Of a stretch of 64,000 nt of DNA, positions 48,992 to 57,623 are shown piece by piece. The notes below the pieces were generated by a model. That model saw only the letters and a list, made by a program, of their open reading frames with translations, was not told the origin of the DNA and did no database searches. The position numbers and the translations under genes were made by a program. Numbering within the stretch: the stretch's first letter is position 1; every line of letters begins with the position of its first letter. This DNA comes from Bryobacterales bacterium (lineage in GTDB: Bacteria; Acidobacteriota; Terriglobia; Bryobacterales; UBA6623), in contig OZ241376.1 in the NCBI GenBank assembly GCA_965200705.1, forward strand, positions 2,569,844-2,633,843, written 5' to 3'.

Positions 48992-49620
48992 GGCTGGCTC
49001 CCTGGGATCGCGGCGATGTCGAACTCGAGCAGCTGACGGCGCAGGAGCTCGTGCCTTGCCATGACGAACTCGTGTCCGGCCAATGCGTCCTGGTGCACCG
49101 CTTCCACTTCCACGCGGACGGCGTCGATCTCAGCGCGCGCGGCCGCAGCGTCGGTCGATGCGCGGCTTGCCGCTTCGAGTGCTTGGAGCAGAAGGGCGTC
49201 GTCGCGCGCCAACTCTTCCCGCATCGCTGTGCGCAGGCGATCCTCTAGGTCGGCACTTGACGCGGAAGCCTCCGCCGAGCCCACCGAGAGGGTCCAGCCG
49301 CCTGGCTGCCTCGACAGCGTCGGGTTGGCCATCCAAAGGGCCGCGATGACCGCGGCCATCGCCCCAGCCGCTGCCAGCCGTGGCCATGTCAGCCACGCGG
49401 ACAGGGAGTCGCCGCGGGCAGCGGGCACATCGACGAGCACAAGGCTCTTTGGCGGCTCCGCGTTGGGCAGGGAACGCAATGCCTCCATCAACGTGCGCCG
49501 TTCCTCCAGTGCCGCGCGGACCTCGGGGGACTGATGAAGCGCCTTGTCCAGCGCCGCCCGTCGTTCAGGACCCAGTTCGTCCAAGAGATAGGCGTCCAGC
49601 TCGTCACCGGTGAATCGCAC
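48988..49620 (-). CDS. single-pass anti-sigma factor (no zinc-finger cysteines)
   Basis: The N-terminal FTGDELDAYLLDELGPERRAALDKALHQSPEVRAAL is anti-sigma-domain-like. Central TM helix LAAAGAMAAVIAALWMA, then a helical periplasmic part. GTG 49620 overlaps the sigma stop by 17 nt. The ORF extends to 49671. Confidence 0.55.
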   Translation of the reverse strand: MRFTGDELDAYLLDELGPERRAALDKALHQSPEVRAALEERRTLMEALRSLPNAEPPKSLVLVDVPAARGDSLSAWLTWPRLAAAGAMAAVIAALWMANPTLSRQPGGWTLSVGSAEASASSADLEDRLRTAMREELARDDALLLQALEAASRASTDAAAARAEIDAVRVEVEAVHQDALAGHEFVMARHELLRRQLLEFDIAAIPGSQP

Positions 49621-50197
49621 GGCTGACCTCTTCCTTCTTGGTGGCCGGCTCCAGCCTCTCCCGCAGCACACGCAGGGCGGCGTAGAGCCTTGACTTCGCT
49701 GTGGATACCGGGCAGTCGAAAATCTCTGCTATCTCGTCGAACCGGAACCCGTGATGGACCTTGAGAAGTACGATCTCGCGCTGCCGAGGAGGCAGCGCCG
49801 CGAGCGCCTGTTCCACGAGGTAGCTGAGTTCCGCTTTGGAATAGCCGAAGTCCCCCAGACGGGTGGGGCTCAGCGCTGCCACTTCGGTCGCGGTGCCGTA
49901 GCTGTCTCGTGTCTCGACCGGTCTCGCCCGGCGCCGAAGCGATGCCGCCTCGTTATGGGCGATTCGAAAGAGCCACTGCGGAAATCGCTCCTCGTCAGTC
50001 AGCTTGGGCAGACCGTGGTACGCCTTGAGGAACGTCTCCTGGCAGGTGTCCATTGCGTCCGTGCGGTCGCCCAGCGTGCGGAGCAGGTAGTTGAAGACCC
50101 GCCCCTGCCATCGACGGGCGAGTGCGTTGAACGCCTCCAGGTCCCCCTGCCGAGCGCAGCGAACAAGCGCCCGGTCCTCAGCCTCGATTTGCCTCAA
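49604..50197 (-). CDS. ECF-type RNA polymerase sigma-70 family factor
   Basis: Region 2 (AFNALARRWQGRVFNYLLRTLGDRTDAMDTCQETFLKAY...WLFRIAHNEA) and region 4 HTH (LPPRQREIVLLKVHHGFRFDEIAEIFDCPVSTAKSRLYAAL). TTG start at 50197. Confidence 0.85.
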   Translation of the reverse strand: MRQIEAEDRALVRCARQGDLEAFNALARRWQGRVFNYLLRTLGDRTDAMDTCQETFLKAYHGLPKLTDEERFPQWLFRIAHNEAASLRRRARPVETRDSYGTATEVAALSPTRLGDFGYSKAELSYLVEQALAALPPRQREIVLLKVHHGFRFDEIAEIFDCPVSTAKSRLYAALRVLRERLEPATKKEEVSRAIHR

Positions 50198-50241
50198 CGG
50201 ATCATCCGTCCACTAGACAAGACGCTCGGAGCAGCCAAAAG

Positions 50242-50267
50242 GACGAATCCGCCGAAACTTGGGTTCC
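50242..50267 (-). promoter_or_regulatory. candidate ECF-type promoter (GGAAC-N17-CGTC) upstream of the ECF sigma gene
   Basis: The minus strand reads GGGAACCCAAGTTTCGGCGGATTCGTCC. The AAC ... CGT core has a 17-nt spacer, and the -10 element is 45 nt upstream of the TTG start. Confidence 0.4.
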
Positions 50268-50364
50268 CGCGACGGATGGACGGCCAGCACGCTTCTGAAG
50301 GGATTTTTCGTGGCGGATGGAGGAGCTTGCCGAAAAAACGAGCGGTTCATTCGTCTTTGCAGTG

Positions 50365-50393
50365 CTGACAATAAACTACGGTTCGATTATCTT
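50365..50393 (+). promoter_or_regulatory. candidate sigma-70-type promoter (CTGACA-N17-TATCTT) for the ChbG/YdjC-family gene
   Basis: Read directly in the AT-richer divergent intergenic region. The -10 element ends 14 nt before GTG 50408, implying a very short leader. Confidence 0.3.
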
Positions 50394-50407
50394 CTCCTTG
50401 TGAACCT

Positions 50408-51301
50408 GTGGTTGACACGAACGGCGGGGCATTAGCTCCGCCGTTCCAGTTTAGGGATGCTGCCTCCCAGCTGCCTTCAAGAGTGAAGCGCCTGGTCGTC
50501 AACGCAGACGACTTCGGTTACGCGAAAGGCGTCAACGACGGCATTGTCACGTGCCATCTGGACGGCCTGGTCCGGTCCACTTCGTTGATGGCGAACGGCG
50601 TCGCTGTGGAGCACGCTGCGCGCTTGGCGCACAAACATCCCAGCCTCGGCGTGGGCTGCCACCTCGTTCTGGTCGAGGGCGAGTCCGTCTCCCGTCCGGG
50701 AGTCATGCTGCCCGCGACCCTCGGCGGACTGATAGCTGCAACGCCCTCGATCGCGGAAATCCGGAGCGAGTTCCGGGCGCAGGTCGAGCGCCTTCTCGGA
50801 CTTGGCCTTCACCTCACGCATCTGGACACACACAAGCACCTGCATCTGCTACCGGCGGTTTTGGAGGTGGTCGCGAACGTCGCTGACGAATTCGGGATCG
50901 GGTGGGTCCGCCGCCCCTTCGACGCGACGCGACCGACTCGTGGCGGATACCGGGCGGCAGTCGCAATGGCGATGCAGCCCCTGCGGATTGCGTTCGACGG
51001 GCAGTTTCGGCGGGCTCGCTGGCGGACAACCGACTACTTCTGCGGCTTCGAGGTCACGGGCCGGATGGACGCGTCATGGCTGATCCAGACGCTCCCGGCA
51101 CTGCCCGGCGGGATCGGGGAACTCGTCTGCCATCCCGGCTACTGCGACGCCCAGCTCCAGGCCATGCCCACCCGGCTGAAGCGTAGCCGAGAACGCGAAC
51201 TGGCGGCCCTGTGCGACCAAGGCGCGGCGCGGGCTGCGGAGCGGGCGGGGATTGAACTCGTGTCCTACCGCGATCTCGGCAGGCGCTCCGAGCCGACCTG
51301 A
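50408..51301 (+). CDS. ChbG/HpnK (YdjC) family carbohydrate deacetylase
   Basis: VVNADDFGYAKGVNDGI, GCHLVLV and THLDTHKHLH are YdjC-family metal and catalytic motifs. Confidence 0.8.
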   Translation: MVDTNGGALAPPFQFRDAASQLPSRVKRLVVNADDFGYAKGVNDGIVTCHLDGLVRSTSLMANGVAVEHAARLAHKHPSLGVGCHLVLVEGESVSRPGVMLPATLGGLIAATPSIAEIRSEFRAQVERLLGLGLHLTHLDTHKHLHLLPAVLEVVANVADEFGIGWVRRPFDATRPTRGGYRAAVAMAMQPLRIAFDGQFRRARWRTTDYFCGFEVTGRMDASWLIQTLPALPGGIGELVCHPGYCDAQLQAMPTRLKRSRERELAALCDQGAARAAERAGIELVSYRDLGRRSEPT

Positions 51302-51309
51302 GCCGACCT

Positions 51310-51921
51310 TCAGGCCTCGTCGCCGAGGTGGCCGAGCTTGTCCTGCTTGGTCTTCAGATACCGCAGCGCCAGGTTCCCGGACTCGGGAGAGCAGGGAACC
51401 CGTTCCGCGACCCGGATTCCGCAGTTCTCGAGTGCCTCCAGCTTGCTGGGGTTGTTGGAGAGCATGCGCACCTCGCGCGTCCCGAAATAGCGAAGAACCT
51501 CCACGGCCAGACCGTACTCGCGTTCGTCCGCTCCGAATCCAAGCTGAAGGTTCGCCTCGACTGTGTCAGCACCCCGGTCCTGGAGCTCGTAGGCAATGAG
51601 CTTGTTCAGGAGACCAATGCCGCGACCCTCTTGCGGGTCGTACACCAGCACGCCGCAGTCGGACTCCGCTATCTGCTCGAGAGCCAGGTCGAGCTGGGGC
51701 CTGCAGTCGCAGCGCAGACTTCCGAACACTTCGCCTGTGAGGCACTGCGAATGGATGCGAACGAGAGGAATCGTGCTAGGCTCGCCCGGTGTTCCGCGCA
51801 CGAGCGCGACCACTTCGCGCTCGCCGCCCGGACCATTGCCACGGAACCCGAAGATGCGGAACTCGCCGTGCCGTGTCGGCAGGACGGCTTCGGCCACTTT
51901 CTCTAGGCTGTAGCCTGGCAC
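51310..51921 (-). CDS. ribA: GTP cyclohydrolase II
   Basis: VRIHSQCLTGEVFGSLRCDCRPQL (zinc Cys motif), EGRGIGLLNKL, and 203 aa from GTG 51921. The 412-aa ORF-track model extends upstream into low-complexity sequence and overlaps the divergent kinase gene, so it was trimmed. Confidence 0.85.
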   Translation of the reverse strand: MPGYSLEKVAEAVLPTRHGEFRIFGFRGNGPGGEREVVALVRGTPGEPSTIPLVRIHSQCLTGEVFGSLRCDCRPQLDLALEQIAESDCGVLVYDPQEGRGIGLLNKLIAYELQDRGADTVEANLQLGFGADEREYGLAVEVLRYFGTREVRMLSNNPSKLEALENCGIRVAERVPCSPESGNLALRYLKTKQDKLGHLGDEA

Positions 51922-51978
51922 CGCTCGCGCGTACCCGCTTGGCACCCGCCGACCCCGACCGCGTGTGCCGAAAGACCC

Positions 51979-51984
51979 ATTATA
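51979..51984 (-). promoter_or_regulatory. candidate -10 element (perfect TATAAT) for ribA
   Basis: The minus strand reads GTTTCTATAATGGGTC in the 100-bp divergent intergenic region, 57 nt upstream of the proposed GTG start. No good -35 element. Confidence 0.35.
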
Positions 51985-52021
51985 GAAACGGTTCCGCCCG
52001 CCCACGGGTCCGCACCAAAAC

Positions 52022-53371
52022 ATGGCCGACACCGATCTGCTTGTCACCCTCTTGGTGAAGATCGCCGCCCTTGGGTCGATCGCGAGCATCGCCCTGCGCT
52101 GGAACTTCGCGAAGCGACTCTTCCTCCGCGAGCAGCGCTCGCTCCGCCAGCGACTCGAACTCGCCGCGCTGTTCGGCGTGGTGTTCGCGAGCGGCTCCGT
52201 CGTCCGCATCGTCCTCGGATACCGCGCTGCCGAATGGGGGCTCGAGGGCGCGTTCGTGTCCGGCCTGGTGGGCGGGTACGTGCCAGGCGCGGCAGCCGGT
52301 GCGCTCATCGCGCTGCCGTCTCTGGTGAGTCCGGACGTCGAGTGGGTCGCGCTTCCGCTGTTGGTCGGCGTCGGCTCACTCGGAGGCCTGCTCCGCTCGC
52401 TGGCTCCGGACCCGGAGGAGGTCTGGAGGTTCTCACCGTTCTTCGTCTTCTCGATGTTCGAGTGGATGCGAGGCCGGATACCTGCCTCGCACGGGGCGTT
52501 CCAGCTCAGCATGCTGGCCGCATGCGTGGGCATCGAGCTGCTGCGCACGCAGCTTGCGAACGCATTCCAGAACCAGGGCCTGCTGTTCGCGCCGGTCGTG
52601 CACGACGAGGTGCTTCACCCCGTGACGCTGCTCCTCCTATGCGGCTCCACCGTGCTCGGCGTGGGCCTGATGCTCAAGGTGTGGAACAACACCCGGAACG
52701 AGTGGAAGATCGAGAACCAGCAGCGGCTGCTGTCGGAGGCGCGACTCACCAGCCTCACGCGCCAGATGAACCCCCACTTCCTCTTCAACACGCTGAACTC
52801 CGTGGCTTCGCTGATCCGCACCGATCCCGTCACCGCGCGGGAAATGCTGTATCGGCTCTCCGCGATCCTCCGGAGGCTGCTGCGTCAGCAGGAGGCGTTT
52901 GCTCCGCTGAGCGAGGAGCTCTCGGTGATCGACGACTACCTCCAGATCGAGAGTGTCCGGTTCGGGGACAGGCTCAAGCTGGAGAGGGACATAGACGTTT
53001 CCTCCCAGGAGGCGCTCGTCCCGAGCATGATCCTGCAGCCCATCGTGGAGAACGCGATCAAGCACGGAATCAGCCCGAAGGTCGGCGTCGGCACAGTGCG
53101 CTTGTCCAGCTCGCTGCACGCCGGCCGCCTCCAGATCGAGGTGGACGACGACGGCGTCGGCGTGCGGCATGAGGACATGCCCAAGGTCTTTCAGAAGGGG
53201 ATTGGACTGAGCAACGCGCGCGAGCGTCTCGAGGTGCTCTTCGGCACGGACTATCAATTGACGTTCGAGTCGCGAGAGGGAGGGGGCGTGAGGGTCCGAC
53301 TCCAGATCCCCGAACTGCGGGACGCGCGAGGTGCGCTCCCCACCGAGCTCGGCACAGCCGACGCAGCCTGA
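52022..53371 (+). CDS. LytS/YehU-type sensor histidine kinase (5TM receptor N-domain + His_kinase + HATPase)
   Basis: Multi-TM N-terminal half. The phospho-acceptor region QMNPHFLFNTLNSVASLI is diagnostic for the LytS-type family. ATPase N-box and G-box: IVENAIKHGI, DDGVGV, GIGLSN. Confidence 0.8.
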   Translation: MADTDLLVTLLVKIAALGSIASIALRWNFAKRLFLREQRSLRQRLELAALFGVVFASGSVVRIVLGYRAAEWGLEGAFVSGLVGGYVPGAAAGALIALPSLVSPDVEWVALPLLVGVGSLGGLLRSLAPDPEEVWRFSPFFVFSMFEWMRGRIPASHGAFQLSMLAACVGIELLRTQLANAFQNQGLLFAPVVHDEVLHPVTLLLLCGSTVLGVGLMLKVWNNTRNEWKIENQQRLLSEARLTSLTRQMNPHFLFNTLNSVASLIRTDPVTAREMLYRLSAILRRLLRQQEAFAPLSEELSVIDDYLQIESVRFGDRLKLERDIDVSSQEALVPSMILQPIVENAIKHGISPKVGVGTVRLSSSLHAGRLQIEVDDDGVGVRHEDMPKVFQKGIGLSNARERLEVLFGTDYQLTFESREGGGVRVRLQIPELRDARGALPTELGTADAA

Positions 53372-53383
53372 CCGGCCGCTCCC

Positions 53384-54955
<1,572 letters not shown>

Positions 54956-55000
54956 GGCGTCCCGAGCCTAGCACGGGGTTCGGCGGGGCCAGACCGCCGT

Positions 55001-56086
55001 TCAGGACAGTCCGAGCAGGTGCGCGATCCGGTCCAGGTGCCAGCCCGTTGAGCCGTAGGTGAACGCCGCGGCCTTGGCGCGCTTGAGGTAAAGGTGCAGG
55101 TCCTGCTCCCAGGTGAAGCCAATCCCTCCGTGCAGCTGGATGCCCTTCTGTCCGACGTCGACTGCGACCGCATTGGCCGTGGCCTTGGCCATGGAGGCGG
55201 CTTGCGCAAGCTTTTCGGGCTGCTCGTCCGCGACGGCGGCTGCGTGGTAGCAGGCTGTGCGTCCCTTCTCGATGCCGATCAGCATGTCCGCGGCCTTGTG
55301 CTGCACAGCTTGGAACGTGCCGACAGCGCGGCCGAATTGCTTCCGGTCCTTGACGTAGGACACCGTCATCTCGAGCACTCGGGCGGAACCGCCGATCATT
55401 TCCGTAGACAGGGCGATCGTTGCCTTGTCGATCACGGCTTGGAGATCTCCGAGCGTGCCGGAACCCACCGGCTGGAGGGCACTCGCTGCACAGGACACCG
55501 ATGACAGCGACCGCGTCTGGTCCATCGACTGCAGATCCGTCACCTCAGGAGCGGTTGCCACAGCCAGCTCGACGTTGTTGCCGCTGGTGCGATTCACGAA
55601 GAGCACAAGCTCGGCACTGTCCGCTGCCGGCACGAACCGCTTGGTCACGGTGTCGCCTTCGGGCTGCTCCAGCAGCATCGTGGTCCAGCCAGATCCGGCC
55701 TCGTAGATGCCCACCGTGGCTCGGAGGGCACCTTCGGCGATGCCGGGCAGGTATCGCTCCCTGGCCTCGTCGCTTCCCAAGGCGTCCAGGGCGAGCGCGG
55801 CCAGCACTCCGCTGGCGTGCAGGTCCCCTGGGATCAGGTGCCGGCCTGCCTCCTCCATGAGGACGCAGAGGTCGAACATGCCCAAGTCAAGGCCATCGTG
55901 ATCCTCGTCCACCAGCAGGCCAGGCCAGCCAAGTTCGGCCATCTTGCCCCACAGGGCCGACTCTGCCGCGGCCGCATCCTCGGCGTCGAGCATGCGTCGA
56001 AGCTCGGCAACGGGCCACTCAGCGGATAGGAAGTCGCGTGCGGAGTCCCGCAGCATGGTCTGTTCTTCGGTGAGGCTGAAGTCCAT
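55001..56086 (-). CDS. acyl-CoA dehydrogenase family protein lacking the canonical C-terminal catalytic-Glu motif
   Basis: ACAD fold (MDFSLTEEQTMLRDSARDFL...QLHGGIGFTWEQDLHLYLKRAK). The position of the usual Y/I-E-G-T motif reads FTYGSTGW. GGAGG Shine-Dalgarno directly after the upstream gene's stop. Confidence 0.8.
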   Translation of the reverse strand: MDFSLTEEQTMLRDSARDFLSAEWPVAELRRMLDAEDAAAAESALWGKMAELGWPGLLVDEDHDGLDLGMFDLCVLMEEAGRHLIPGDLHASGVLAALALDALGSDEARERYLPGIAEGALRATVGIYEAGSGWTTMLLEQPEGDTVTKRFVPAADSAELVLFVNRTSGNNVELAVATAPEVTDLQSMDQTRSLSSVSCAASALQPVGSGTLGDLQAVIDKATIALSTEMIGGSARVLEMTVSYVKDRKQFGRAVGTFQAVQHKAADMLIGIEKGRTACYHAAAVADEQPEKLAQAASMAKATANAVAVDVGQKGIQLHGGIGFTWEQDLHLYLKRAKAAAFTYGSTGWHLDRIAHLLGLS

Positions 56087-56099
56087 GGTTGCTTCCTCC

Positions 56100-57290
56100 C
56101 TACTTGCGGGGCAGGCCGAGCACGCGCTCGGCAATCACGCTGCGCAGAATCTCGGACGTGCCGCCCTCGATCGTGTTCGCCCGGGAGCGAAGGTATCCGA
56201 ACTGCCAGCTTTTCTCGAAGGACTCGCCGCCCTCCCCCATTGACTCAGAACCCCAGGAGTCCGTCGTGTCGGCTTCGTCTCCGAACCCGCGCCCCGGCAG
56301 CAATGGCGCCTCCGGGCCGAGCGTGGCCAGACCGATCTCCTGCAGGCGCTGGTTCATCTCCGCCCATGCGACCTTGACGACCGAGGACTCGAAGCCGAAA
56401 AGACGGTCCGAGAGACGTTCGCATGTAAGGCGCAGGCATTCGCTGTCGGTAAAGGCCAGCGCAACGTCACGGGCCTCCTTGGTGTCGAGGGGCACATCCC
56501 GGTTCCGGACCGCGTCGAGCAGCCGGTCGAACTGCTGCTGCAGCCGCACGCTGAGCGAGACCGAGATGTTGGCTCGCTCCCGCGTGAAGGTCTTCATGCC
56601 GATGATCCATCCGTCGTTCTCCGGTCCCACGCGGTTGGCCTTTGGAACCCGAACGTTGTCGAAGAAGACCTCGCCGAACTCAGCCTCGCCCGTCATCTGA
56701 CGCAGCGGCTTGACCGTCACGCCGGGGCTCTTCATGTCCACGATGAGCGCCGTAATGCCCTTGTGGCGCGGCGCGTCCGGGTCCGTGCGTACCAGCAGCC
56801 AGATGTAGTCGGCGATCAGCGAGTTGGAGGTCCAGATCTTCTGGCCAGTGATCAGGTAGTCGTCGCCGTCCGACACGGCCCGCGTCTGCAGCGACGCCAG
56901 GTCGGACCCCGAGTTTGGCTCCGAGAAGCCTTGGCACCAGATCTCCTCGGCCGTCAGGATCGGCGCCAGGTAGCGCTTCTTTTGCTCCTCGTTGGCAACT
57001 GCGATCAGGGCGGGTCCGGCGATCATCAGCCCGATGTTGTTCACGCTGGGGGGGGCCTTAGCCCGCGCGGCCTCCTCGTTGAAGATGGCCTGCTCGCGGT
57101 ACGTCAGGCCTTGGCCGCCATATTCCTTGGGCCAGGTGAGGCCCATCCATCCGCCGTCGAAGAGCTTGCGCTGCCACGCCTTCAGCGCGTCCACATCGAG
57201 GGTGGTGCCCGTGGCAATGTTGGCTTCGAGCCAGTCGCGCAAGCGGGCGCGGAATGCGGCTTCAGCCGGTGTGTCTTGCAGCCTCGCCAT
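56100..57290 (-). CDS. acyl-CoA dehydrogenase (catalytic-Glu motif present)
   Basis: ACAD fold with GFSEPNSGSD, WTSNS and the C-terminal NTIEGGTSEILRSVIAERVLGL (catalytic base context). ATG 57290 was chosen. Confidence 0.85.
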   Translation of the reverse strand: MARLQDTPAEAAFRARLRDWLEANIATGTTLDVDALKAWQRKLFDGGWMGLTWPKEYGGQGLTYREQAIFNEEAARAKAPPSVNNIGLMIAGPALIAVANEEQKKRYLAPILTAEEIWCQGFSEPNSGSDLASLQTRAVSDGDDYLITGQKIWTSNSLIADYIWLLVRTDPDAPRHKGITALIVDMKSPGVTVKPLRQMTGEAEFGEVFFDNVRVPKANRVGPENDGWIIGMKTFTRERANISVSLSVRLQQQFDRLLDAVRNRDVPLDTKEARDVALAFTDSECLRLTCERLSDRLFGFESSVVKVAWAEMNQRLQEIGLATLGPEAPLLPGRGFGDEADTTDSWGSESMGEGGESFEKSWQFGYLRSRANTIEGGTSEILRSVIAERVLGLPRK

Positions 57291-57623
57291 AAGTGGGCAC
57301 ATTGTACACACCAGCCAACTGGAGGCTCGCCCCGCCTAGCGGTTGTAACTGCTGCGACCCACATCCGACTGAATGCAGACGAAACACGGCAGGAGTGCAG
57401 AGTCGGTTGGGCGGTGCAATAGAAGTTTAGATTTCATAAGCTGCCCTTTGGTAATGCGGATGGCAGTCACTCAATCCGACTGGTCGGGCCCGTTAAGCGG
57501 TATTGTAGATTCGATGTCACTATGGGGCCGCCGCGTCAGCGGCTCGTCCAACGGTCATCCGCCCTGTGTAACTCAATGGCACCCTCTCGCACCGATCAGC
57601 ACACACTGCCGGAAGCCTTTGCT

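Noticed and set aside
51922-52021. FMN riboswitch upstream of ribA.
   Set aside because: The 100-nt leader is too short and lacks the conserved RFN core segments as I remember them.
51922-52548. N-terminal 209 codons of the 412-aa ORF 51310-52548 containing ribA.
   Set aside because: The extension is Ser/Pro/Arg/Thr-rich and low-complexity, and it overlaps the well-supported divergent histidine-kinase gene. The GTP cyclohydrolase II homology starts near GTG 51921.
57042-57049. G8 run inside the acyl-CoA dehydrogenase gene as a third homopolymer element.
   Set aside because: It is much shorter and lies in frame within coding sequence (encoding Ala-Pro-Pro). This context differs from that of the two stop-adjacent 13-14 nt tracts.
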